NCBI RefSeq assembly: GCF_006345805.1
Contig: NC_043000.1
Span: 27,342,001-27,406,000 of the forward strand
DNA length: 64,000 nt
Direction: 5' to 3'
Source: Octopus sinensis
Taxonomy: Eukaryota
Positions within the stretch are counted from its first letter, which is position 1; each line of letters starts with the position of its first letter. A program made the position numbers and the translations under genes. Shown one piece after another: positions 38,470 to 54,234 of this stretch. The notes below the pieces were generated by a model. That model saw only the letters and a program-made list of their open reading frames with translations. It did not search any database and was not told where the DNA came from.

Positions 38470-38745
38470 TCTTAATATATAAAACTGGTAAGTGCGTCTG
38501 TCTGTGTGAAGCCCTACAACTGGAGAACTACACAAACGACTACATTCAAATTTTACACATGCCAAAATATTTTTGAACTTTTTCACTAATGCGAGCCCAG
38601 AACAATCTCTTATCTCTTACACTATTTCAGTATTAGATGTGAAAAATTAAAACATCTCTGTCGTAATGAGAGATACCATCTGTTTAATAGTTTAACTATT
38701 AATACTGAACCTATTAAAATGAAACTATTATCTCATATACACAGA
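38470..38745 (+). mobile_element. Helitron-type 5' end fragment
   Basis: TCTTAATATATAAAACTGGTAAGTGCGTCTGTCTGTGT; 3' end not found. Confidence 0.4.
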
Positions 38746-39145
38746 AATGCATATATATGTATATATATGCATGTATATATGTATATTTATATGTATATAT
38801 ATATGTATATATATATATATATATATATAAAAGTAAATAAATGGTACAACGAAGTACCGATATTTACTGGAAAATAGCGATCGTAATAAATACGACGCTA
38901 TTGTATAGCTTCACTGTGTATATACTAGCAAAGACGTATGTGTGCAACAAACATGAAAAAAATTAGTCTTACCTCTAGGAAGAACATCTGAAAAATGAAA
39001 AACCTAGAAACGGATAATGCAGGACCGGTTTCAGACTCTTCAAATACGTTTGACAACCTAGATTAGATTCGTCCTCATCAGCTGTATTATACCTAGACAA
39101 AATTTCAAATGTACATATATATAAGTATATATACATACATATATA

Positions 39146-39193
<48 letters not shown>

Positions 39194-39199
39194 CTATAC

Positions 39200-39293
<94 letters not shown>

Positions 39294-39382
39294 GTATGTA
39301 TGCATGTATGTATATATATGCATATACATATCTATATATACGTATAGACATGTATATATATATATATATATACATATATACA

Positions 39383-39755
39383 TAAAAACTTATATAAGAA
39401 TTAAATATCTTTCGACCGAAGATTGGTCCAGGCCACGGCTAACTTAATACCACTATCTGATAGGATTATATAAGTCCATTTTAAGTCAAGTTTGGTGGTA
39501 TCGTGGTCCATTTGAGTAGGGACTTCTTGTTAAGTGAGTTGTATGCAAGTATAGATGGCTTATCTGGTATTCCTTGAAGACATTTGTCCAGATTCCGTTG
39601 AAAGGTGATGCGGTCATATTACCCTTTGATCAGTTTTGGAAGTATGTTGCCGTGTAAATTATGCGTTGTGATCCTGCATTGGGTAGGGGCCATGGTCCTT
39701 GCCTTGGATGAATTTTGAAGATAAGTGTCCTTTGGGCATTGCTAGCGGTATATTC
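39383..39755 (-). mobile_element. CR1 3' fragment, diverged subfamily
   Basis: Aligns to 42721-43140; GGCCTGGACCAAT..GGTCGAAA tail; abuts (TA)n. Confidence 0.85.
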
Positions 39756-39877
39756 TCCAATTCGCTTAAACTATGTATCGCTCGCGGTGGTGCAGGAGAG
39801 AATAGTTACAATATCGTAAGGCGGATATATACATACATACATACATACATACATACATACATACATACATACATACA

Positions 39878-39913
<36 letters not shown>

Positions 39914-40060
39914 TATATAATATATATATATATATACATACATACATACATATACATACATACATACATGCATACATACATACATACATACATATATATA
40001 TATTATGTATATATATATATATATATATAAGTATATATGTATATATACATATATATTATA

Positions 40061-40147
40061 GTCTTTATCGTTTCGAACTCAAGCTCTTCCAGAGAAAGGA
40101 ACACAGAAAGAAACAAGGAGAGAAAGTATAGAATGTGTAGTGGCTAG
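40061..40147 (-). mobile_element. Family P2 short element, degenerate hammerhead
   Basis: Reverse complement of 45430-45525; CTTT-CTCTGGAA-GAGC-TTGA-GTTC-GAAAC-GAT-AAAG. Confidence 0.6.
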
Positions 40148-40175
40148 GCATATATATATATATCTATATATATTT

Positions 40176-40237
<62 letters not shown>

Positions 40238-40286
40238 CTTATATATATATATATGTATACATATATATACAAACATATATATATAT

Positions 40287-40338
<52 letters not shown>

Positions 40339-40355
40339 GGTATATATATATACAT

Positions 40356-40402
<47 letters not shown>

Positions 40403-40404
40403 TG

Positions 40405-40825
40405 TGGGGTTTATCTACTCCTTATACAGAGTTTGACCACCTCCTGTACCTACAGCTTGGCACCATCATGGTGTCTGATGTGGCTTTGTTAACCAGACAA
40501 TGTTCCAAAACGACACCCACATAGTGTGTACCTCCGATTATGACCACCAATACGAGCAGATAAGGTTTGTTCACTGTTTATTTTCACATGTCCTTTGAGA
40601 CCTCTGTTGAATTTGCAAACCTTCTGGCATACACTGCCTTCAAAGGGGTGCACAGACATATAGTCAGAATAGTTGGTGGGTGTTCGTTTTCTATGTGTTC
40701 GATGTTGAGTTTTGAGGCCACCCAAAGACAGGCATGGACTGTCACAGACAGTGCACACATAAAGATCATTGTCATACACCTTCTCGATCGTTAGATTCTT
40801 CCTTAATTCTCTTTTGTAAGGTATG
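40405..40825 (-). mobile_element. RTE-type LINE 3' fragment with C2H2-like zinc fingers
   Basis: YVCTVCDSPCLSLGGLKTQHRTH and VCQKVCKFNRGLKGH in ORF 40489-40848. Confidence 0.55.
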
Positions 40826-41135
40826 TACAAATACATATATATGTACATATAAATATATATATATGTATATGTATATACATATACCTGTATAAATATATAT
40901 ATACATATAAATATAGATTTATAAATATATATATATATATATACATATAGATATATATGTACATATAAATGTCAATATATATGTATATATATGTTTATGT
41001 ATATATTTGTATACATATATATGTATATATGTATACATATGTATATACATATATATATGTATGTATATATGTACATATATATATTATATGTGTATACATA
41101 TATATTTTTATATCTATATATATATGCATATATAT

Positions 41136-41174
<39 letters not shown>

Positions 41175-42574
41175 ATATATATATATATATATAAGTATAC
41201 ATGTATATACATTTATACATAAATATATATATATGTATGCATATATATAAATATTTATATATATATATATTATATATATATATAAATATATGCATACATA
41301 CATACATACATACATACATACATACATACATACATGCATACATATAAGTGTTTATGGATTGAAGATTGCATGAAGTTTTAAAGATGTATCCATGAGAAAT
41401 CGAAGATTATATTCAAAACAGATTAGAGTTCCCTGTGAAAGTTAGCAATACAACCATTGGAAAGAATTCTTAAAACTGACTGCGCTTAGTGTATGAAACT
41501 AATGGTGTGATGTACCGTAGAACGTTAGAGAAATCATCACAATTCATTGCAGCTTCTTTCAGATCTTAAGATTGAAATCTAAACTCTAATACATATTGCT
41601 AGCGATATTCGAAGAAAGATGGAAAAAAAGTTTTTTTTAATTTTTTATTGAGGACTCATTTCTAATTACATATAAAAGGAAAGCTTTCGACGTGTGTGTC
41701 GATCTTTTATATCTCAAAACTATAATTTAATTCAATGAAGACTGACGAGCAACTGTGTAAGATTTGTTGAGATAGAAATAACTTTTAGCCAGTATAATTT
41801 GCATAATTAAAGACAAAACGAAATAATTGAAACAATACAAAGTAGCCGACCGCATGAATTTGGATAAATTTGGATAATTAAGAGTATTGGACTGAGTTTC
41901 GAATGCATAATTCTTTTTAATTAATTAAAATTTTCTCCTCAGTTGGAGACAGACACTGAAAGCCTTGCAGCTATTGTTAGTTGCCCTCAATGAAAATCGG
42001 AAATGAATTTCAAGAAATTTCAACAATTTGTTGCGTAGTAGAAGGATATATACGACAACCACCACGTATTTTGGTTGACTATAACGATTAATTTTTGACT
42101 CATCTAAAATTAATTATAACATGTTATCGCCATATTTACAATAATCTATTACATATCGCATGCGGCAGAAATTATCAAGAATGGGACTAGTTTATGTGAC
42201 ACCCGTTACCCAAAAGTGTACAATCTCTATAATCTTTGATACCGCTTTGTAACGTGTGAAATCTTTTGTTGTAATAGACCTGCCGATCAGATCTTTTAAA
42301 CGGAAATACATTCATGGGTCTATATAGCCTGGAAACAAAGATCACACATTCCTTCATTGTGAAGTAAATTAATCTTGAGAGAATAATTAATTCATATCTT
42401 CTTCTCCCCGTGTTTGAAAACCACCGATACATGCCAGTAGGATTTTCCATTCCTTTCATGAATTAATGAGGGACAGTTTTGGCGCACATCATTTACTATA
42501 TAAAATTTACAATTCCGCTAGTGACACAATTTTTTTTTGCCCGTCATGTGTGTGTGCATATGATTGTGCTTATA

Positions 42575-45429
<2,855 letters not shown>

Positions 45430-45607
45430 TTAGCCACTACACACATTTTTCTCTATCCTTCTTTCTCTCCTTGCTTTTTCTGTGTCCCTTTCTGTAGAAG
45501 TGCGTAAGCTCGAAACGTAAAAGACATTCCTGAGCGTTATACTAATACATCTGTTTGTCTTGTACCCCACCTGTCTTTGTCTTTTGTTTTTTTCGTAAAC
45601 TCTCCCT
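45430..45607 (+). mobile_element. Family P2 short element with zero-loop hammerhead motif
   Basis: CTTT-CTGTAGAA-GTGC-GTAA-GCTC-GAAAC-GTA-AAAG at 45488-45523. Confidence 0.65.
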
Positions 45608-45738
45608 ATATATATATTTATATACATACACACGCAGGCACACACACATATATTAGATAATAAATCGCATGTTATACACCTGGTAACTTACCCGTAAACA
45701 CGTTCACTGTCACAGTGTTTCTTGGAATTTGATTATTT

Positions 45739-46075
45739 GAGAGAAACAGAAGATGGAAGATATGAGAATGTTTATTAAATACTACAATTATTTCGACCAA
45801 ACTAGCAACAATCCCTCACGGATGGGATATTTAACAACTGGTTTAGGAGTAATCGTCGGTGTAGATGTATCTCTTAAGGTGATGAAAAGATATCTTACGG
45901 AACAGTCGTTATTTTAACGAGGTACATCTTATTATCACATGAAGAGACACATCTACACCGATAAATACTCCTAAATCAGTTAAGCATCCCACCTGCGAGG
46001 GATTGATGCGAGATTGAGAAAAACAAATGTAGTATTTAATAATAGTTCTCGTTTCTTCTATATTCTGTCTTTCTC
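45739..46075. repeat. Old fold-back palindrome with degenerate hammerhead-like arms
   Basis: ~155-bp arms, visibly diverged; CCAC-CTGCGAG..AAAAAC-AAAT-GTAG in the right arm. Confidence 0.75.
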
Positions 46076-47208
46076 ATTAATAATAACCATAATAAGAATT
46101 ATATAAATAAAAATTATATATATATATATATATACATATATATGTTTATATATATAATGGGCAAGTTACAAAGTTTTCGATATGTATACATGAATAGCTC
46201 AATAAAATGTTGCATGCAAATCGAGAATTATTTATGTCAGACGAACTTAAATAAATTTTTCTAGCTGTCAGTTGGTCGAAGCAAATTAAATTTTAATTTA
46301 TGGACTTGAAACAGCTTTTATATAAAATTGATTGAGAAAAATTCTATATATAGCAGCTCTTATATATAAATAGTACGGAAACAAGAAATTTATACGATTC
46401 TGACTAAAGGAAATACAGTATTATTTAAAGTATAAAGATCAAATTAAATTGACTGATCTTTAAGTTTGATTCATGAATATAATTCATATACCCAAGCATA
46501 CTGGCAATGCCACTTTACCTACAATATATTAGCCAGTATTTATAGACTTTATTTCTCTTTTGCTACATCTGTATAGAGTCCATTTGCAACACGATAAATT
46601 AAAATTTAATTTAGTTCATATATCTGACAGCAAGTCAGATATATGTTCAAAATTCATCTTGAGTTAGTAAATCTTTACCCGTCTCGCAATGACCTTCATC
46701 ACTCTAAAGAATTTTTTTCAAGTAAAGATATTTGCAAACCTCATTCTAATTTCACTGATTGAAAACGAACATGGAGAAGAAAAGGAGCTACAGTGAATCA
46801 TTATATAGCAAAACAGGCGAGAGCGCAACCCCACACACAGTTACACACACGTGCATTTTTATACATATTTGAATATTTTGAACGGGATAACGTCAATGTT
46901 GTATTTCCCCGCACATTATAAACAAACACCTAACTGCACCAGCTGGAGATAGGCATATGATATGGGGATCACTGCAGCACTAAGAAAGAAGTACAAATAT
47001 TTGTATCTCAAGGTGGGTGGATGTAAATTTTAACAAAAAAAAAGAAAAAAAAAGAAACAAACAACACAAAATCTGAGTCAGATGACTTTGCACGAGATGT
47101 TTAAACAATAAACTTCACAAGATATCACATGCCTATTTAGATGTCTCTCAATGTTGCCGTTGAATAAATTGTTGATAAACTTGAATCTGGGATTCTTGAA
47201 CATTTTGC

Positions 47209-47273
47209 GCGTACGTATCCAGAATGCGTACTAAAACGGAATGCGTACGTATCCGGAATGCGTACTAAAACGG
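47209..47273. repeat. 34-bp tandem duplication
   Basis: gcgtacgtatcc(a/g)gaatgcgtactaaaacgg twice. Confidence 0.85.
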
Positions 47274-47319
47274 GTGTGTACTTCACCGGGAGGTTACTCT
47301 ATTTTGTTTTTATAGTTGT

Positions 47320-47950
47320 TTGTGGTCAGGTAGTGGTCTTGTGCAGCGAGAATCAGTCATTATGTTATAGCTTTTAGTCCAGAGTTTTGATCCATTCTTG
47401 GCTTTTACAAGGCTGAAAGGCAGGGTGACAGCGAGTCTCCTTGGAAAATCCCCTCCTTTTATGAGTATAGGACAGGTTTTAATGGCTTGTGATTCATTTT
47501 TCATTATTATTCTGATATTCCAGTTTGCTATCACATGGTTGATATATTTTAGTATTGTTGGGGCTACCTTATTTGTGTGGAGAGAGTCAATTATTCACGA
47601 GTGGGGAACACTGTCGAATGCGTTCTGGTACTCGATCCAAGTCATGTTGAGGTTTGTCTTTCTTACAGTCCTCTATAATGGCTCGATTTACCAGAAGCTA
47701 TTCATTACAACCATACATCCCTCTTCAACTCTTTTGATCTTTTGGTAATACATTATTGTTTTCCAGTCACACTACTAACCTCTTATACATCACCGATGTG
47801 AGAGGTTCGTAGGATGTTGATTATCGTGATATTAACCTATAATATTTTGGGTGTACGATGTCCTTGTTTGGAGTATTTTTGGGTAGTTTTTGGATGATTT
47901 GGCCTTCCAGCATCTAGTTTCGTATTGATTCTGGCTTGCTTAATATTAAA
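47320..47950 (-). mobile_element. Old R4/Dong-like RT fragment
   Basis: Minus translation TNLNMTWIEYQNAFDSVPHSWII and GIFQGDSLSP-like segment. Confidence 0.7.
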
Positions 47951-48044
47951 TTAAATGTGCCGCCATATGAATATGGGTACAGATGAGGTATTTCTTTCAG
48001 AAGTTAGGCCGTTGTCTATCCCAGGATTCTCCAGTTACTGTTAG

Positions 48045-48180
48045 TCTCCAGCAGGTCAACTTTACATTTCATCCTTCCAAGGTCGATAAATTAAGTACAA
48101 GCTGGATACTGGGGTCGATGCAACCGACTTACCTCCTTCCCCAGAATTTCAGGCATTGCGCCTTCATTAGAAAGGATTCG
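48045..48180 (+). mobile_element. SINE-A variant 3' part
   Basis: tttcatccttccaaggtcgataaattaagtac...ggggtcgatg. Confidence 0.65.
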
Positions 48181-48235
48181 GTATTATAGTGGTAAGTATC
48201 CCCGCCTGTCACGCGGGAGACCGGGGTTGGATTCG
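48181..48235 (+). pseudogene. tRNA-Asp-GTC: Truncated (tailless) tRNA-Asp(GTC) retrocopy
   Basis: TATAGTGGTAAGTATCCCCGCCTGTCACGCGGGAGACCGGGGTT matches conserved metazoan tRNA-Asp; acceptor stem absent; GGATTCG repeated at 48174-48180 and 48229-48235. Confidence 0.9.
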
Positions 48236-48299
48236 AAGTAATCGGCTTATCCCTCCTCTAAAGTTTCAGGTGCTCTGGCTAGTGTAGAAATAATAATTA

Positions 48300-48506
48300 T
48301 TATGGAAGGTGATGATCTCGTAGATTCGATAGCTGTATTTCGTCCATTTAAACGAGCTGAGTTCAAATTCTGCCGCGATCCACTTTGCCTTTTATCATTT
48401 TGGGGTCGATGAAATAAGCACCAGTTGCGCTCGGGGAGGGGGTTAATTTGATCGACTGCCCTTTCCTACCTAATTTCAGGCCTTGCGCCAACAATAGAAA
48501 TTATTG

Positions 48507-48510
<4 letters not shown>
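48300..48510 (+). mobile_element. SINE-A variant, degenerate
   Basis: ctgagttcaaattctgccg...ttttggggtcgatgaaataagcaccag. Confidence 0.65.
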
Positions 48511-48553
<43 letters not shown>

Positions 48554-49254
48554 TCCGTTGAAGATAATAATGTAATTGCTAGACTACCTTTAAGTACATG
48601 CATCAGGAGAAATATTGATACAGCGATCGATATAACCTGAAAGAAAGAAATTGAAGGAAAAACATGAAAGTAAATAAGCGAAAAATATATGTACATAAAT
48701 AACGAAACGAGAGTGAATTTCAGAGAAAAATCATCACAACGTTTCCAATATTCTATGAAATATTCAAAATAAATGCATTCAGTTGTTGAATAGTTTTACT
48801 AAATGCAAATGAAAATTCAAATTTTTTGTCCATATCGAATCTAGTTGAACACGTGAATTAATGGCGGAAATCGGACATATTCACAAGTATGCAAATATCT
48901 TCAGTTTATCGATACGTTTCCTTCAGCCCTTAATCCCCCTCTCAAATATACGCCCTTAGGTATGTATTCTATGCAGCAACATTCATTTCATTCTAATGCA
49001 GGAATTTTCCACTTCGGATCTCGATGTAAGCCGTCTATATTGGAGAGATATATCGTGAGGCAATTTTAGATGCAAACAAATATGTGACGAGCTTTGAATT
49101 GACATCGTCTTAATGGAAACTGCTGCACGAAGAACGAAGACAAAAACTGCTAGTTATATATATAAATAGCTTGATAAATAGAGACGCATACTAATCAGCA
49201 GGTACGCGCAGATGGAAGCTGAAATACAGAGAGACACATTAGTGTGCGTAGGTG

Positions 49255-49327
49255 CATGTGCACTAATGTATATATGTATGTGTGTACTATGTATAAATAT
49301 ACATAGTGTGTATATAAATATATATTG

Positions 49328-49396
<69 letters not shown>

Positions 49397-49405
49397 AATA
49401 AATAA

Positions 49406-49465
<60 letters not shown>

Positions 49466-49477
49466 TATATATATATT

Positions 49478-49554
<77 letters not shown>

Positions 49555-49910
49555 GTATATTATATATGTATGCATATATATATATATATACATGTATATA
49601 TATACACACACACATATATATGTATGTGTACATATATATAATTACATATATATATGCGTGTGTGTGTCTGTGTGTGTGTGTGTGTGTGCATGCACACATA
49701 TATACGCCTGTGCTGGTTCCATTTTGTGTTTATATGTAAGTCCTCTATAAGTGCTTCGTCAGTATACGTTCAAATGCTAGAATTTCGTTCCATCTTAAAC
49801 TCTGAAACTTTTCTCGTCTCTCTTTCTCTTTCTCTTTCTATCTCATGTATTTCCCTACACATGCATAGATGCATGCATACCTGTGTGTGTAACATTTGTA
49901 TATATATATA

Positions 49911-49949
<39 letters not shown>

Positions 49950-49987
49950 TACATATATATATATTATATATATATATATATATATGT

Positions 49988-50060
<73 letters not shown>
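49255..50060. repeat. (TA)n/(TG)n fields
   Basis: Read directly (49255-49700 and 49890-50060). Confidence 0.9.
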
Positions 50061-50384
50061 TCTATGTGGGTAAGTATACATGTATGTGTATACAAATGTA
50101 TGTATGAATGTGTGTATACATACAACTTATACAAACTTGCATTTATTGAAACAGATACACGGGAATGCATTATATAGGAGCAAGTACATCGCTATACACA
50201 TTCACCTTGCGAATTCTGTTTCTCCTTTGTATGCAGGTATTTGGCGTTCCGCAAACCAATACGTAAACACAAACGTAACCATGCATACGCACGCACACAC
50301 ACACACACCGTATAGATTTAGTGATACATTTACTTGTATACAGGTTGTTGATTTTACGAGCGTTTAGAAAGATATCCTCATTTT

Positions 50385-50500
50385 TATTATCGTTTTCTTG
50401 TTGCAGTCATTTTAGAATGCGGCCACGCTGGGGCACCAACTTGAAGAATATTAGTCGAATGAATTGACCCCCAATCTTTTTTAAATCCTGGTACTTATTG
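50385..50500 (-). mobile_element. SINE-B 3' fragment
   Basis: gcagtcatt...gcggccacgctggggcacc...ttagtcga. Confidence 0.6.
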
Positions 50501-50501
50501 T

Positions 50502-50537
<36 letters not shown>

Positions 50538-51290
50538 TAAACAGTAAAAATAATTACAGACATGGACAAGAACATGAAACACCACAGAGACGACACAAGA
50601 ACCACAGGACGGGACATTTGAAGCCCTCAGTCATCAGTCAAGAACCAGATCATCTTAGCAATTTCGGCTGATTAATCTTGAGATTGCTCCGATATGGCCA
50701 GCCCGCCAAGGGAAATCTAAGCCAAGCGCATTAGATCCCCTGGAAGAAAGCTTCGAATGTATACAACGCGAGGACGGAAAACGAACGAAGTACACAACCA
50801 AAAATACAGAATACGTGACACCAATAAGAATACAAAAACGTAAAAACAATAACGGTAAAAATAAAAAATAAAAAATAAACAACAAAACAAAACCAGGACG
50901 TAGGACAAGGGTCTTTCGACAGGACGAGTTGAGTATGGGGCTGGCTTGTGAAGTTGTGCCTAATGGCCACGGGGAGACGAACAAATACGTGTTGCTTCTG
51001 CGACTGCTGAAACGAAAAGAGCGCTCAACAGCGGCTAGCGGTCACGTGAGAACAAAAGACAGGAGAAAGGGACAGATGAAAAGAGAGAGAAGGTGGACGA
51101 GGGAGGAGAAGAAAGAGACAGATCGAGGGGGCTGGAGGTGAGAGAGATAGAGAAACGTAGAAGGGGGAAGACGGATATATATATATATACATATATAAAA
51201 TATTATTAGAGACAAAACCACTATTTTGCAAAACAAACAAGGAAAGACTTAATCAATACATAAAATTTTAATAAATAGTCAAAAAAACCG

Positions 51291-51333
51291 CCACTACAAT
51301 TGTTTCTTGTCTTGATCGACAATCTTCAGGTGG
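51291..51333 (-). ncRNA. Minimal type I hammerhead ribozyme, intact core
   Basis: CCAC-CTGAAGA-TTGTC-GATCAA-GACAA-GAAAC-AATT-GTA-GTGG: perfect stems I and II, invariant core, palindromic stem III ACAATTGT. Confidence 0.85.
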
Positions 51334-51786
51334 ACTTCCAATAGTTGAAGCTTCGCATGGGGCTACTTGTTTGGTAAAATCCACGTGTATATTCCACATG
51401 TATAAAGAAAAGTCTACATGTATAAACTGTTGTGGTGAGAGTCATTGGCACCCCTATGGGATTGAATGAATGGACTAGCAAAACTCTTATAACAAAAACT
51501 AGCATATTGGTTGAGACAAAGAGAGTCATAAGAGTCATTGGGAGTTCATGGAAGTTGTTGACGTTGTTCAGAGTTTGTATTTATTGGAGTAATCTGAAGT
51601 AGGTTGTGTGAAGACAGTTGTGTCTATCCCCGCTTCATGAAATTTGTATATCCAACATATAGAAGGATATAAGATAAACAAAAGTCTGCATGTAAACCCA
51701 TAAGTGTAATCATTCATTTTTTAACCAAAAAATTTCCAGTGAAAAACACGACAAATATTTCCAGGTTGAAGAAATTCCCGCTGTTT

Positions 51787-52038
51787 AACGGAAGACGAAA
51801 TACCTGTAACTATTTCTTTAGTATCCACAAGGAGCTAAACATAGAGAGGACAAACATGGACAGACAACCGAATAAAGTCGATTATATCGACCTCAGTGCG
51901 TAACTGGTACTTAACTTATCGACGCTGAAAGAATGAAAGGCAAAGTCGACCTCAGCGGAATTTGAACTCAGAACGTAACGGTAGACAAAATACAGCTAAG
52001 CATTTCGCCCGGCGTGTTAACGTATCTGCCAGCTCGCT
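51787..52038 (-). mobile_element. SINE-A with start of a second body unit
   Basis: Homologous to 5060-5296; extra aacggaagacgaaatacc beyond the tail. Confidence 0.8.
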
Positions 52039-52045
52039 TTCTTTA

Positions 52046-52160
52046 TTTTCTGTCTACCAGAACCACACACAATGCTTTGGTCGACCCGGACATATTGTAG
52101 AGGAGACATGCCCATGGTGCTACACAGTGGGAATGAACCAGGAACCACGTGGTCAGGAAG
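52046..52160 (-). mobile_element. SINE-B 5' fragment
   Basis: ctaccag..ctttggtcgaccc..cagtgggaatgaacc. Confidence 0.65.
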
Positions 52161-53243
52161 TATTCCTTTAAGAAAATATTTGTATGATTTGTTTAGAATG
52201 ATACATAATGTACAATGTTTCTTGAGTTATAAATTGCAATTCGATATTTTTATCCTTCTATGATGGACAAAATCTCATAAGGTCTACGCTTCAAAAAGAT
52301 ATTTCCTTTTGTTGCAGTTACAGACTATAGGCTACAAACTATGAAGCACTCATGCAGATGTCTGATCGTCAGATGACTTGAACTGATACCTTATTCATTA
52401 ATGATTGATCACTATATTTTATCATATACAGATATATATATATATTTTTGCTACCCTAAATTGACTAATTGATAATTTTCTGAATAATTCTGAGATTGAA
52501 TCGGCAGTTTATATTTACTGCTGATAAGTTTGGCGCGAATACGTCGGTCTTGAAAATTTTAAGACAGATATTCCGGAGGCATCGATACAGACGCCTCGTG
52601 TATATTTGTCTCTCCCAGGTTTTTTACTGATGAAGTGTGACCTATGGTAGATTAGCTTAATTTAATTTAATTAAGCTAATTTAATCATTAATAACACAGA
52701 AACGATGCACCGTCTAAAAGTTGAATTAGGGTAAATGTTTTTAAATTTTCACCTAATTTCTGAATTACTACTACTTGGCGGTGTGAGTTATGGCTGCTCT
52801 TTCTGGTGGACGAATGGCCTGTTAAGGGTCACTCCTAAATTGTTATATATATATATATATATATATATTTATGTGTAAAACAATTTAGATTCAAATGAAT
52901 ATGGTACTTAATTTAGATGCACCAGAATTTTTTATGGTATTACCCATAAAGTTATGTGGGGTGATTATAACCCAAAAATATATTTGCTGTAATATTTGCA
53001 GCTTTAATAAATTGTTATAGTATGAAACAGTTGTACTAAATTACCGGATCCATTCTTGTTGTTTATTTTTGGGTTATATATATATATATATATTTTGTGA
53101 AATAGAAAGATGAATAATCTTGTTGCAGATTAATCAAAAGTTTAACCGATACCTTGGTAGCAAAAATCACAGCAGAAGACAGCACGGCTGGAGGTACAAC
53201 CATATGGTGTTGCAACCGTGCGTTGGTGCGGATAATTGAATTT

Positions 53244-53496
53244 TAATATTATTAGTGAATTGAAGAAATGGAGTTGAACGAAGATTGAACAGAAATCGTT
53301 TTATTGCATTCTACACGTGTTTCGAAAGGCACAATTTACCAAACTCCGATTGAATAAGGAGACCATATAAGAGAAAGACAATATGGTCTCCTATTCAATC
53401 GGAATTTGGTAAATTGTGCCTTTCGAAACACGTGTAGAATGCAATAAAACGATTTCTGTTCAATCTTCGTTCAACTCCATTTCTTCAATTCACTAA

Positions 53497-53504
<8 letters not shown>
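53244..53504. repeat. Near-perfect fold-back (125/124-bp arms, 12-nt loop) with the 3' half of a hammerhead
   Basis: Only two arm differences seen; GAAAC-ACGT-GTA-GAATG in the right arm; abuts (TA)n. Confidence 0.9.
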
Positions 53505-53577
<73 letters not shown>

Positions 53578-53582
53578 CCCAC

Positions 53583-53657
53583 GGGCATATGGCGTAGTGG
53601 TTAAGAGCGCGGTTACAAACCCCAACATTCCGAGTTCAATTCCAGGCAGTGAACTGA
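53583..53657 (+). mobile_element. Minimal tRNA-derived SINE-D with (AAT)n tail
   Basis: GGGCATATGGCGTAGTGG (box A), GAGTTCAATTCC (box B), then (AAT)n; homolog at 57043. Confidence 0.75.
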
Positions 53658-53663
53658 ATAATA

Positions 53664-53779
<116 letters not shown>

Positions 53780-53801
53780 TATTATTATTATTATTATTAT
53801 T

Positions 53802-54095
53802 ATGATAGGAATGATAAAAGAAGGTGCTGAAACTTATTTGAAAAAGATACCAGGTTTACCATCCCTACAGGAAGTACAAAAAATCGTGTTAAATGGAACG
53901 ACTCATGTACTAAGAAGGACATTATCGCGGTGAAAACAACATCCATTCATGAATTTATTTATTTTTTTAAATACATATTTTACCTGTGAATTTGCGTCTA
54001 CAATTTGGGAATGCATACAATGTGCCTTTCTACCCTAGGTGTACAGAAAACACTCGTCGAGAGATAGAACAAAATTTGAAGAAAGAAGGAAAACA
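53802..54095 (+). mobile_element. Dong LINE 3' fragment
   Basis: MIKEGAETYLKKIPGLPSLQEVQKIVLNGTTHVLRRTLS* plus 3' UTR and (AAT)n. Confidence 0.85.
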
Positions 54096-54116
54096 ACGAC
54101 AACAACAAAAAAAAAC

Positions 54117-54169
<53 letters not shown>

Positions 54170-54174
54170 CAATG

Positions 54175-54234
<60 letters not shown>

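Larger units (their letters stand above)
39110..41345. repeat. Large (TA)n/(CATA)n field interrupted by TE fragments
   Basis: Tracts at 39110-39385, 39826-40060, 40150-40400 and 40835-41345. Confidence 0.9.

Noticed and set aside
42187-42459. 90-aa ORF in non-repetitive sequence as a host exon
   Set aside because: No recognisable motif or convincing splice context; length is compatible with chance.
48181-48235. Functional tRNA-Asp gene
   Set aside because: Both acceptor-stem strands are missing.
50600-50645. CTGATGA...AAATGTC on the minus strand, ~690 bp from the perfect HHR (possible dimer partner)
   Set aside because: No credible stem II or stem I pairing and GAAAC is broken; may be a relic but is not callable.
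52965-53078. 15-bp inverted repeat TATAACCCAAAAATA
   Set aside because: Short and AT-rich with no TSD; insufficient to call a MITE.
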